Shown: positions 15,964 to 25,187 of the stretch, piece by piece
Layout of the letters: each line of letters opens with the position of its first letter
How positions within the stretch are numbered: the stretch's first letter is position 1
Virus record (IMG/VR): IMGVR_UViG_3300022201_000002
Coordinates: 1-39,908 of that record
Origin: a virus
Lineage: Duplodnaviria > Caudoviricetes
Length of the DNA stretch: 39,908 nucleotides
Reading direction: 5' to 3' (one strand)
Translations under genes and position numbers: made by a program
The notes under the pieces: model-generated
What the model was told of the DNA's origin: nothing
Seen by the model: only the letters and a program-made list of their open reading frames with translations
Databases searched by the model: none

Positions 15964-17994
15964 ATGGCGCATCCGATCCATGTTAATTTTGAGCTGTCAC
16001 CGCGCATTATCACAGTAGAAGCGCCGGAAGTCGAAATTACGATTCAGGACTTGCATGATAATCTGGTGGATATCGAGGATTCAATAGAAGGCCATCGTCA
16101 TCCACGGCTTATTTTGACAGCCGGTAAAGAGGATCTTGGTGGCGGTACATCCGTTGGTCTAACGGCTACATTGCAAAATGCTCAATTGGCTTTTGAGAGG
16201 CGTGTTGTCAAACTGGAAAATGGCACAATCACGACGCCTGACACGAATGGCGTTACGCTAATTGATTCTGCCGCGACGTTTCAGACAAATGGCGTTCAAA
16301 GAGGTGATATTGTCCGCAACCATACCGATTCAGGATCAGTAGCTTCGGTACTTTCGGTAGATTCGGAAACACAATTGACGACTGATGGTTTGTCCGGCGG
16401 AACAGATGATCAATTCAATTCATCGGACATGTATGATGTTTTGGATTTGGTGCAGTGCAATATAACGGGTGGTAACTTGGTCGCTGTGGATGATGTCCAG
16501 GCGGTGATTGACCCCGTGTTCCCGACTTTTGGAACACAGATTGTTAGAACATCATCGTCGAGCGCAACTGCTATTGGTCTGACATCGCTGCAATTTAGTC
16601 AGTATCAGGACACCGTTGCCATCGATGTGGGCAACACGACGGGTAATGCTGTTTCGGGGACGGAATTTCCGGTAGGCACACGCAGTCAGCCAGTTGATAA
16701 CATTGCTGATATGGTGGCCATTTTGACGGATGTCGGTCTACAAAAAGTTTTCGTCTATGGTGATTTGACTATCTCAAATGAAGCCGATTGGTCAGACTTT
16801 ACGTTCATTGGCCAATCGCCGGATCGCACAACAATAACCGTCGGCGCATTGGCGACAACCGCTGGAACGGAATTTGAAGATTGCGAAATTACAGGAACGG
16901 TTGGCGATGAACTGACATTTCGACGTTGTCGGGTCGGTACCGCAACATTGGGCAATGGAGAAATAAGCAATACGGGACTTGTGGGACCGATCACATTGGA
17001 CGGCGCTTCCGGGCAATTAATCATGGTGGATTGCCATTGTGCGTCACTGGCCGGGGCAACGCCAATCATTGATTGTAATGGTGATAATATTGGCTTCACC
17101 ATGCATAATTATAAAGGTGATGTGAAATTTACCAATAAGACGGGCATGGATATCTATCATGTTGGCGTAAATGGTGGCCACGTCATTCTGGATAGCACTA
17201 TTGTTGCAGCCGGTAGTATAAAGATAACAGGTGTATTCGAAACGACAGATAATTCAATTGCCACTGTCATTGATAGGGGCGGCGATGTTATTGGGAAATT
17301 ACAAACAGCGTTGGACATAGTTGAAGGTGACGAATATTATGACGGCAATTCGGCGATACGGCGTCATAAGACAACAAAAGCGATATTATTTCAAAAACTT
17401 GTGTCTGGCGGACAAATAACAAATCCGCCGATCACGATAACGCAAAAAGTGCCAGGAGCTATCTTTACAGATTCATTTACGGATACATTTGGCACATTAT
17501 TGGAGGACCATACGCCGGAGTTAGGCGGACCGTGGACGATGCAAAATGGCATTATAAAAATAGAGAATGATATTGCAGTAACGGATTTAACGGGTCCAGG
17601 TCTTCCGTTAAGAGGAAATCTGGCAACATTTGAAACCACCGTTTCAGATGGCAGTATTGAAGCCGATTTCAATACGACATCAGGTTATCATTCAATAATT
17701 CTTCGTTATAGTGATGTTTCCAATTATATGGAAATTTGGAGAAGCCAAACGAACTTAAGAATATATTCATTTATAGATGGAATTAGAAATTTGAATAGTG
17801 ATATAGCTCATGGACAAGATGGCCAAGGGTCATTGCGCGCGGAATTCAATGGATTGCAAATTGATGTTTATTCACAAGATATCCTATTAGCGGGATTTAA
17901 TAATGCAACACATAATCAAACAGAAACAACTCACGGGTTTTCGCTGAGAGATCCATTTAATGAGTGTGATAATTACACACTAACGAGTGTCTAA
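15964..17994 (+). CDS. Multi-domain putative virion protein with beta-helix-like middle and lectin/ConA-like C-terminus
   Basis: 676 aa; ITIQDLHD N-motif; FEDCEI/FRRCRV rungs; C-terminal FTDSFTD..GT.L.DHTP..G..W. Confidence 0.55.
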   Translation: MAHPIHVNFELSPRIITVEAPEVEITIQDLHDNLVDIEDSIEGHRHPRLILTAGKEDLGGGTSVGLTATLQNAQLAFERRVVKLENGTITTPDTNGVTLIDSAATFQTNGVQRGDIVRNHTDSGSVASVLSVDSETQLTTDGLSGGTDDQFNSSDMYDVLDLVQCNITGGNLVAVDDVQAVIDPVFPTFGTQIVRTSSSSATAIGLTSLQFSQYQDTVAIDVGNTTGNAVSGTEFPVGTRSQPVDNIADMVAILTDVGLQKVFVYGDLTISNEADWSDFTFIGQSPDRTTITVGALATTAGTEFEDCEITGTVGDELTFRRCRVGTATLGNGEISNTGLVGPITLDGASGQLIMVDCHCASLAGATPIIDCNGDNIGFTMHNYKGDVKFTNKTGMDIYHVGVNGGHVILDSTIVAAGSIKITGVFETTDNSIATVIDRGGDVIGKLQTALDIVEGDEYYDGNSAIRRHKTTKAILFQKLVSGGQITNPPITITQKVPGAIFTDSFTDTFGTLLEDHTPELGGPWTMQNGIIKIENDIAVTDLTGPGLPLRGNLATFETTVSDGSIEADFNTTSGYHSIILRYSDVSNYMEIWRSQTNLRIYSFIDGIRNLNSDIAHGQDGQGSLRAEFNGLQIDVYSQDILLAGFNNATHNQTETTHGFSLRDPFNECDNYTLTSV

Positions 17995-18458
17995 TGACGT
18001 GGATGGCGGCCACGTATCTGGGCGGTGGCGGTGCTGGCCAGCGAATGGCATCATATTATTTTCCGCTGGTTGGAGCCGCAGTTCAACCATCTGGTGAGGA
18101 TACTCATGATGGTTCGCCCAGGCGTATTGCAGACTATATCGATGAGCAAGCGCGTAAAGATATTGAACGCAATAAAGAGCTTTTTGAGCGTGCACAGCGT
18201 CAATGGAGTGACGACCTAGACCGGATCATAGCCAATGCCTTTTCAAAGGTTATGGGCGAGGAAATGCGACCGGTACAGGCGAAAGAACGAAAGAAAATCG
18301 TTCGCATAGCATTTAATGAAGTCAAGACAGATGGCCTGGAATACCGGATACGAGAAATTGATAGACTCATTCGGGAATATGAGCGAACGATTTATCTGCC
18401 GCCGAAAGCGCAGATCGATGATGAAGATGCCGTTTTGGCGCTGCTAATGAGCATGTGA
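17994..18458 (+). CDS. Hypothetical helical protein ending DDEDAVLALLM
   Basis: 154 aa; TAATG coupling. Confidence 0.7.
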   Translation: MTWMAATYLGGGGAGQRMASYYFPLVGAAVQPSGEDTHDGSPRRIADYIDEQARKDIERNKELFERAQRQWSDDLDRIIANAFSKVMGEEMRPVQAKERKKIVRIAFNEVKTDGLEYRIREIDRLIREYERTIYLPPKAQIDDEDAVLALLMSM

Positions 18459-18459
18459 T

Positions 18460-19770
18460 ATGGCAAGACCCGTTTCAATAGTTGATGAAGGCGGACGGCC
18501 GATAACGCACATTGCTGATTTGGATGCCAATCAGGGCGTTCCATTAACGCCGGTTGATCCACCATTATATGGAGAACCTGTTACGGTTGTTGATGATGAT
18601 GGTGGAGCACCAGTCGTTCTTGTTAATGAAGATTTCACCATATGGAGCGGATTCGATACAACCGCTCCGATACTGACATCACCGCTTATTGATATCACAA
18701 TCAGTGAAACGACCGGTTCGATATCGATTACGACCGATGAAGGCAATGGAACGATCTGGTGGGTTGTCACGCAGAGCGCTACACAACCAAGTGTCGCACA
18801 AATCGAAGCGGGTCAAGACCATACGAGTTCGCCGGCTGATGATAATGGTTCTATATTGGTCAGCGCCGTCGACACATACAACGCCGGGCCAAGCGGATTA
18901 ACGGCCGCGACAACCTATTGGGCACATGCATTCCATAGGGATGCGGCATCAAATGATAGCGCGGTTGTTTCGGGCGATAGTTTCACGACGCTAACGGCTG
19001 GTGCACCGACGCTTTCCCTGCCGACGGATGTGCAGACTGGTGGCACCACGGCAACACTTACAGTTACTTCCGATGAAGCAAATGGAGTAGTTTACTGGGT
19101 TGTCACTCAAAGCGCCACACAACCGACTGTAGCGCAAATAAAGGCCGGCCAGGACCATACAGGAGCCGCTGGAGACGCATTTGGTAACGCAGCGGCCGAA
19201 AGCCCGGCTGGAGTGAATACGTTTCTTGTGACGGGGCTGGCAGAGAAGGTCTCGTATTTTGGCCATTTCGTCCATACGGATCTGGAATTAAACGATAGCA
19301 ACCGCGTTGCGGGTGATGGCTTTACGACGCCGGATGTGACACCGCCGGCTCTGACATTCCCGATCGATACGCAAACAGGACAGACGACCGCCGATCTTTC
19401 TGTTGACACCGATGACGATGACGGGACGCTTTATTGGGTGGTCACGCAGGCGGCAACAAAACCGTCAGTGGCACAGATCAAGTTGGGGCAAGATCATACG
19501 GGATCGGCTGCCGATGATAGTGGGAATCAGACTGTTTCGGCGACAGGAACGCAGAATGCCAGCGCTACCGGATTAACAGCTGGTACTGATTATTGGGCTC
19601 ATTTCATGCACGAGGACGCGGCAACCAATCAATCCACGGTCGCAACGGGAGATGGATTCACAACAGCCATTTTGGCTATGTTCATCGTTCCAGAGGGCCT
19701 TATGGTCGATCTACAAGATGGCAACATGCATGTAGTTCCTGGCATCGGTCTTTGGATAAATCGGAGCTAA
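18460..19770 (+). CDS. Protein with three tandem ~110-aa Fn3/Ig-like repeats (putative virion-displayed adhesin)
   Basis: Three copies of (A/P)P.L..P......T......D...G...WVVTQ.AT.P.VAQI..GQDHT...GL.....Y..H..H.D...N.S....GD.FTT; N-terminal G.PV..V repeats. Confidence 0.7.
   Translation: MARPVSIVDEGGRPITHIADLDANQGVPLTPVDPPLYGEPVTVVDDDGGAPVVLVNEDFTIWSGFDTTAPILTSPLIDITISETTGSISITTDEGNGTIWWVVTQSATQPSVAQIEAGQDHTSSPADDNGSILVSAVDTYNAGPSGLTAATTYWAHAFHRDAASNDSAVVSGDSFTTLTAGAPTLSLPTDVQTGGTTATLTVTSDEANGVVYWVVTQSATQPTVAQIKAGQDHTGAAGDAFGNAAAESPAGVNTFLVTGLAEKVSYFGHFVHTDLELNDSNRVAGDGFTTPDVTPPALTFPIDTQTGQTTADLSVDTDDDDGTLYWVVTQAATKPSVAQIKLGQDHTGSAADDSGNQTVSATGTQNASATGLTAGTDYWAHFMHEDAATNQSTVATGDGFTTAILAMFIVPEGLMVDLQDGNMHVVPGIGLWINRS
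18655..19665 (+). repeat. Three intragenic ~335-bp domain repeats
   Basis: WVVT codons start at 18760, 19096 and 19435. Confidence 0.85.
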
Positions 19771-19773
19771 GCA

Positions 19774-19983
19774 ATGAAATTTGTTTTTAAGAATTTGCGC
19801 GCTATCGGCGACAGATCGGGTGATCTGGGACAGGGGATGAAGCGCTGGCGGGTTGAAGCTATGGATGAGAATGGTGCTCTTGTTGAGTATGTTTTGGCAT
19901 TTGCGATGAAGCAAGCGGATGCAACCACAGAAATGGATCGTCTTTTAGCAAATCATGTGACGGAGAAGCTTAATGGCTGCTAG
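19774..19983 (+). CDS. Small hypothetical protein
   Basis: 69 aa; GGAG RBS; overlaps next start. Confidence 0.7.
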   Translation: MKFVFKNLRAIGDRSGDLGQGMKRWRVEAMDENGALVEYVLAFAMKQADATTEMDRLLANHVTEKLNGC

Positions 19984-21352
19984 ATATGTCGATCATAACG
20001 GCGCTGGCGATAATACCACGGCGACAACTTGGGCAACATCCTATGATGCCTTAGCGACGGGTATGGATGGTGCTGATTTTGATAGTGGCGATGATGTCTA
20101 TATCATGGGGCAATTGAGCACCACAGGGTCAGTGACTTTGCAAGCCGGACAAACCACAGGCCATCCGATCCGCCTTCTGGGCTGCAAATCAACGACAACA
20201 GCGGAACCACCAGTTACGGCTGATTTAATCCCTGGGTGGCGTACCGGGGAAACGCGCACTGAAGCGAATTTGGCTTACAACGATTCTGATATACCGTCAT
20301 ATACGCTAACGGCTGTCGGTGATGATATCGGTTTTAACGGAACGCTATATGCTTACGCTGTAAAATTCGACGCTGAAGACGATATTCAGTATGTCAATTC
20401 TTCCGTCGCCGATGAACTTATTTTTGAAGAATGTCATCTTAAATGTGATAAACTTACCCTCGGCAGTACGGGCCAACACGCGATTAAATGGCGATTCATC
20501 AACTGTCATATTGAATGGAATTTAGCTTCTCAAGGATTTACAACTACCGATATCGGTGAAGTTGAAATGCGCGGGGGCAAAGTTACTGGAGCTTCCGGCG
20601 CTCACCCCACCGGAATGATTTCCGCCGGCGTTGAAAGCATGCATTTTTCAGGTGTTGATTTTTCTGACGCCGCACACACGCTCGTTAACATTAACCTTAA
20701 CATGGGCAACGGTCCGATTCGTTTCTGGAACTGCCAGCTTCATGCCTCAACGGCCGTGCTTGGCGGTACGCGGAGTTCCAGTCCGTTCCGTATTGAACTC
20801 TATGGTTGCGAGAAAGGTCTCACGGGGAAAACGAGCGGTACGGTCACCGAACTGGATATTCATACAAATGCCGGTGACGTTGTAATTGAAACGACTGCCA
20901 TTAGGACCGGCGGAGCGACGGATGGGACTACACCGTACTCGATAGCCATGACGCCAGTCGTTGATGGCACACGAGACCAATATTATCCGCTTGTCGGTCC
21001 GTGGATGCATCTTTACGTCGATAGCACGACGACAACCATTACGGTGCCGATCGCCAATTCTGGAGCGGGTGATTATAACGACGACGATGTTTATCTTGAA
21101 ATAGAAAGCATGTCTGACATCGGGAATTCAGCTCACAGCAACGACACCACACAGATGAATTTACTCGCTACACCGTCGGCGGTAACCGATGATGCGGTCA
21201 GCACTTGGGGGACTGGAGCGAGTAATGGGCAAAGCCTCGTGGGATCAATTGATCCCGATTATGATGGCGTTATTCGATGTCGTGTGTGTTTCACTAAGAA
21301 TTTTGGTGCATCACCGGAAACACTTTATCATGATTGGGCAATTGCATCGTAG
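19973..21352 (+). CDS. Putative parallel beta-helix (pectin-lyase-like) protein
   Basis: RYVD..G.G......WAT.Y..L.......SGDDVYI N-cap; FEECHL/FINCHI/FSGVDF/FWNCQL rungs. Confidence 0.55.
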   Translation: MAARYVDHNGAGDNTTATTWATSYDALATGMDGADFDSGDDVYIMGQLSTTGSVTLQAGQTTGHPIRLLGCKSTTTAEPPVTADLIPGWRTGETRTEANLAYNDSDIPSYTLTAVGDDIGFNGTLYAYAVKFDAEDDIQYVNSSVADELIFEECHLKCDKLTLGSTGQHAIKWRFINCHIEWNLASQGFTTTDIGEVEMRGGKVTGASGAHPTGMISAGVESMHFSGVDFSDAAHTLVNINLNMGNGPIRFWNCQLHASTAVLGGTRSSSPFRIELYGCEKGLTGKTSGTVTELDIHTNAGDVVIETTAIRTGGATDGTTPYSIAMTPVVDGTRDQYYPLVGPWMHLYVDSTTTTITVPIANSGAGDYNDDDVYLEIESMSDIGNSAHSNDTTQMNLLATPSAVTDDAVSTWGTGASNGQSLVGSIDPDYDGVIRCRVCFTKNFGASPETLYHDWAIAS

Positions 21353-21361
21353 GAAACGGCC

Positions 21362-23662
21362 GTGGCTTTAACTTATGCTCAAGGGCAGCAATTTTTTCAA
21401 GACGAGATTGATCTTGTCGATGTAACGAAAACGCTTGTTTTCGACCCGACGCCTGAGCCCGGATATAGCTTCCATGAATGGTCATATGATGGGCTGACTA
21501 TCAAGGCCGGGTCTGAGCGGGCACTGGAACAGGGTGCTCATGCACTTCTGACGGCGATGGGGTTCAAGTGGTATGCGCCGTTTTCAAATGGTGCTGTTAT
21601 ACCGGCTATTAGGCCGGTCTCGATACCGACGAATTTGACGGCACCAAAGCAAACTTTCAACATTACGGAAGCCTCATTGCAGGTCTCTCACGGCGTTGGT
21701 TCTTTCGTGGCTGTGGCTCCTTGGCAGAATGACAGGACCGATCTTGAAGATAGTTATGACCGGTATGCGATTTTAAATTGTGTGTCCGGCGATCGGCAGA
21801 ATAATTCGGCCGGGCACATATGGCAGGGTATTATATCTAGAAACCAAGCGTATTTCGACGCAAACCCTCAACTATTGGATGATGTTAATCCAGAGACCTT
21901 TGATTTATCCGTGACTGGCCAAGACCGCGCCAATCTTGTGATGATCTGCGCGGCCGATAGCATTGATCAAGGATTCAATGATGAAAACAGAAGAACTTTT
22001 GAGCCAACGGATACAACGAACCACACAACAGAGGAAGTGGTATCTCTCACTAAAGATGTCTGTATTCAGATCCGGGCCGGCACAAGTGCGATAGGCACAC
22101 ATGGTGCTTATGCCGGTGTGCCGGGTGTCAAGCTCAACATTCTTGCTTATCGGGATCATGGCGTGCCGCCCATTGATGATTATTCGGAATGGTTGCACGT
22201 TACGGTAACTGACGGTTTTCAGTTTTCCGGCATGTCAACGAATGATATCGTTGCAGGTTGGATTCCGAAGGCCGCTAGTGTAACGGTTTATTATTACGTT
22301 GATTTGCCGTCATTTGATGATTGTATGCCGATTAACGTAAAATCTGATTGGTATAGTAACCGTGTTGAAAGCGCCGTTGCTCTTGGTGCAACAGGAGTGA
22401 ATTTCGAATGTGGGATCAATTGGTTAAATACGCTCATACTGTATCGACAGCTTGTTGTACATGCGCGTGACGGAACCGGAACTTATGCGTCAGCTTTAGC
22501 GGAAGCCAAGACGGATGTATTCGCCGACGATGCTGCGGTAGAGAATTTATATAATCTTTGGTATAGTGACGGGAAATATTTCAACAAATATGATTTAGCT
22601 ACGAGTTTTGGTTACGTCGATGATATGGCGGCTGGCTGGTATAAGACCGCCTTTCAACAATACCACTGTGTGGTTAATGGGTGGCGCTTGCATCGTCGAC
22701 TGAAACTAGATCATCCGACGTATCCATGGTTAGGCGTTCCGGGTCTTACAACAAAAATCCAAGACACAAACGATGGCGGGTATGTTGCGGCAACCGACCC
22801 CGTGCCGGCAAGCATAGACACTGTCCAAGGATGGGCCTTTGCGCTGCGGATGGAGCAGATTTTTCATACTTATGGGTTCGAAAGAGCCACAACGAATGCG
22901 GTACTAATCAGGGACCATTACCTTGATCAATATTTTCACAAAAACCTCTCCGTCCCAGACGTCTATCCGAACTGGATGTATGAGCCGTTCGCTGTCAAGC
23001 CAACGGCGACGGATTTCGCCAATGCTAAACAATTAATTGATCGTGAAGTCGCTAGGCCGACTGCGACTGTGCTGGACAGTGAGGACTTGGTTCTTGTCAC
23101 TGGCATAACACCCTTGGAAAGCGGCGTCGAACAGACAGGGTTTGAGTTGAACAGGTCCAACCCCGAAGAAGTGCCGAGAATGAGGTTTAAGTTCGTGGCG
23201 TTGAGTGGTGGTGGATCTGTTACGAGATCAGATACAGATGGCTCAAATCCGGTTGTAACGAATTATGCAGAAGGAATGCATGAATTTTTCGATAGCGGTA
23301 TTGTATTGTTAACGCCATCAAATGGCTATCTGTTTTGCTCATGGTTTCCCGCTGGAGAAATGGGTAACGTTGTTGATGATTATTGGGTATACGCGCCTAA
23401 AAGTGCGGATGGGCAAGTTCGTATGAGAACGACGGGGGCTGCTTACATGAACTACCCAGACCAAACTGTTATCGGTCCAGATGATGGTGAAGGACCGTTT
23501 GATTGGCCAACCGGGCATATTCGTTATCGAGGTTTGGGAATTGGCGTTCATTCTTTGGTGAATGTCAATAAATGGGTATCCTTGAAACAGGATATTGCGC
23601 TCATGCCAAGAGCAATGGCTGAAGCGGATTTTCAGAATTACGTACAGATGAAATTGGTGTAA
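21362..23662 (+). CDS. DUF4838-like glycoside-hydrolase-fold protein (GH20/GH67-type N-domain plus TIM-barrel-like core)
   Basis: LTIKAGSERALEQGAHALL..MGFKWYAP; GHIWQGIISRNQAYFDANPQ; LAYRDHGVPP; W..KA..V.VYYY; GATGVNFE; GTG start; no signal peptide. Confidence 0.6.
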   Translation: MALTYAQGQQFFQDEIDLVDVTKTLVFDPTPEPGYSFHEWSYDGLTIKAGSERALEQGAHALLTAMGFKWYAPFSNGAVIPAIRPVSIPTNLTAPKQTFNITEASLQVSHGVGSFVAVAPWQNDRTDLEDSYDRYAILNCVSGDRQNNSAGHIWQGIISRNQAYFDANPQLLDDVNPETFDLSVTGQDRANLVMICAADSIDQGFNDENRRTFEPTDTTNHTTEEVVSLTKDVCIQIRAGTSAIGTHGAYAGVPGVKLNILAYRDHGVPPIDDYSEWLHVTVTDGFQFSGMSTNDIVAGWIPKAASVTVYYYVDLPSFDDCMPINVKSDWYSNRVESAVALGATGVNFECGINWLNTLILYRQLVVHARDGTGTYASALAEAKTDVFADDAAVENLYNLWYSDGKYFNKYDLATSFGYVDDMAAGWYKTAFQQYHCVVNGWRLHRRLKLDHPTYPWLGVPGLTTKIQDTNDGGYVAATDPVPASIDTVQGWAFALRMEQIFHTYGFERATTNAVLIRDHYLDQYFHKNLSVPDVYPNWMYEPFAVKPTATDFANAKQLIDREVARPTATVLDSEDLVLVTGITPLESGVEQTGFELNRSNPEEVPRMRFKFVALSGGGSVTRSDTDGSNPVVTNYAEGMHEFFDSGIVLLTPSNGYLFCSWFPAGEMGNVVDDYWVYAPKSADGQVRMRTTGAAYMNYPDQTVIGPDDGEGPFDWPTGHIRYRGLGIGVHSLVNVNKWVSLKQDIALMPRAMAEADFQNYVQMKLV

Positions 23663-23973
23663 TGCGAAAGCGCTGGATTTGGCATCCTATCGAAAAAAAA
23701 TTAGTGCCGGATGATGAATATGTTCGGCCGCAGCCCGAACGATCAAAGCTGGCTGCGCCGATGGTGATTGCTGATCATATGAAGCCTGTTCAGTCCATGC
23801 TGGATGGCCAGATGTATGACAGCAAATCGGCTTTACGATCAACATATAAGGCGGCCGGTGTTGAGGAAATTGGCAATGAGAAATCAAGGCCGCTCGAAAA
23901 ACCAAAGCCAGATCAAAAGGCGATTGAGGAAACAGTCGGCAAGAGTTTGGCTGCTGTAGGAATTACCGACTAA
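23662..23973 (+). CDS. Conserved-type small head-region protein
   Basis: APMVIADHMKPVQSMLDGQMYDSKSALR..YKA.G..EIGNE; immediately precedes the scaffold. Confidence 0.75.
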   Translation: MRKRWIWHPIEKKLVPDDEYVRPQPERSKLAAPMVIADHMKPVQSMLDGQMYDSKSALRSTYKAAGVEEIGNEKSRPLEKPKPDQKAIEETVGKSLAAVGITD

Positions 23974-23996
23974 CACATCCTTTCAGAGAGGACATC

Positions 23997-25172
23997 ATGA
24001 GTGAAGAACAGGCGGTGGAAACCGTAACTGAAGACACGAGCACGCCCACGCCTCCAGATCCAATAATGGATGTCGATTCCGCGAGGGCATCCGTGGATCG
24101 CGCTTTTGAGGCTATGGAGAGCGGAGAAACCAGTGAACCAAGCCAGGAAGATGTTTCAGATGAAATGCCGGCAGGCAAAAATGCAAAAATACAAGTCGAT
24201 GACGATCTTCTGGTTGTGACAAAAGACGGCGTTGTGCCGGAAACCAAGATTGACGCCAAGGGCCGGGAACACAATCCGGACGGCACTTTCAAGGCCAAAG
24301 AGGACAATGACGTCCAAAAAGTGGAGAAACCTCCAGAACCCGAGAAACCCGCCACTAATTTTACCGAACCACCGAATCGGTTCTCAGCCGATGCCAAGAG
24401 TGCATGGAAGGATGCACCGGAGCCTGTGAGGGCGGAAATCCATAGAGCGGTCAAGGAGTTAGAATCTGGTATTGAGAAATACCGGGAGGACAACGCTGCA
24501 TTTGAGCCAATCCGTGAATATGACAAATTAGCCAAAGAGCACGGCACCACCGTTGTGGAGGCTTTGGATCGTTATACCAATCTGGAGCGGATGCTTAATG
24601 GGGAAGGCAAATTAACGGCCATCCAGGATATCATGAGTTATGCAGGCGTTTCGCCGCAGGATTTTGCATTGCAGATATTACAACAAAGCGGTGCAGCGGG
24701 AGATTTGACACCTGAGCAAATGGAACAGGTGCGCGTTTCCGGACAACAGGATGATATCATTCGCGGATTGCGCAATGAACTTGCTGCCTTGAAACAGGAA
24801 ATTACCGGCGTTTCGACAACTGTTCAACAGCAAAAAGACGCAGAGATTGAACGACAGGTAATAGAATTCGCGGCTGACAAACCGCGATTTGACGAACTTT
24901 CAGAAGACATTAAGTTCTTTATTGAAAGTGGGCGAACACAAGATTTAGCGGAAGCTTATGATCTGGCAGAGCGGCTCAATCCCGCGCCAGCGGCTCCCGC
25001 ACCCGCAACCGCAGAAGTGGAAGCGGAAGAACCAGAGGCCGAAGCTCAAACCAAGGCTTCTTTATCCGTAACAGGCGCTCCAAGTTCCGGCTCAAACCCG
25101 GTTAACCGAAAGCCGCCATCCTCAGCCGGAGAATCCGTGAGCCGCGCTTTTGCGACTCTTGGCATCCGGTAA
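23997..25172 (+). CDS. Capsid scaffolding protein (probable)
   Basis: Acidic, helical, low-complexity; DGTFKAK and PP.RFS..AK.AW motifs; directly upstream of capsid gene. Confidence 0.75.
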   Translation: MSEEQAVETVTEDTSTPTPPDPIMDVDSARASVDRAFEAMESGETSEPSQEDVSDEMPAGKNAKIQVDDDLLVVTKDGVVPETKIDAKGREHNPDGTFKAKEDNDVQKVEKPPEPEKPATNFTEPPNRFSADAKSAWKDAPEPVRAEIHRAVKELESGIEKYREDNAAFEPIREYDKLAKEHGTTVVEALDRYTNLERMLNGEGKLTAIQDIMSYAGVSPQDFALQILQQSGAAGDLTPEQMEQVRVSGQQDDIIRGLRNELAALKQEITGVSTTVQQQKDAEIERQVIEFAADKPRFDELSEDIKFFIESGRTQDLAEAYDLAERLNPAPAAPAPATAEVEAEEPEAEAQTKASLSVTGAPSSGSNPVNRKPPSSAGESVSRAFATLGIR

Positions 25173-25187
25173 AACAAGGAGCCTCAT

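Noticed and set aside
5892-19530. Diversity-generating retroelement (5892-5984 as template repeat for the repeats in 18460-19770)
   Set aside because: No reverse transcriptase in the window; mismatches are mostly synonymous and not confined to adenines; the repeats are not at a C-terminal variable region
11164-23662. Host-derived S-layer/secreted adhesin island or contractile-tail module
   Set aside because: No signal peptides or secretion genes; no sheath, tube or tape-measure motifs; genes are coupled to the portal and head genes
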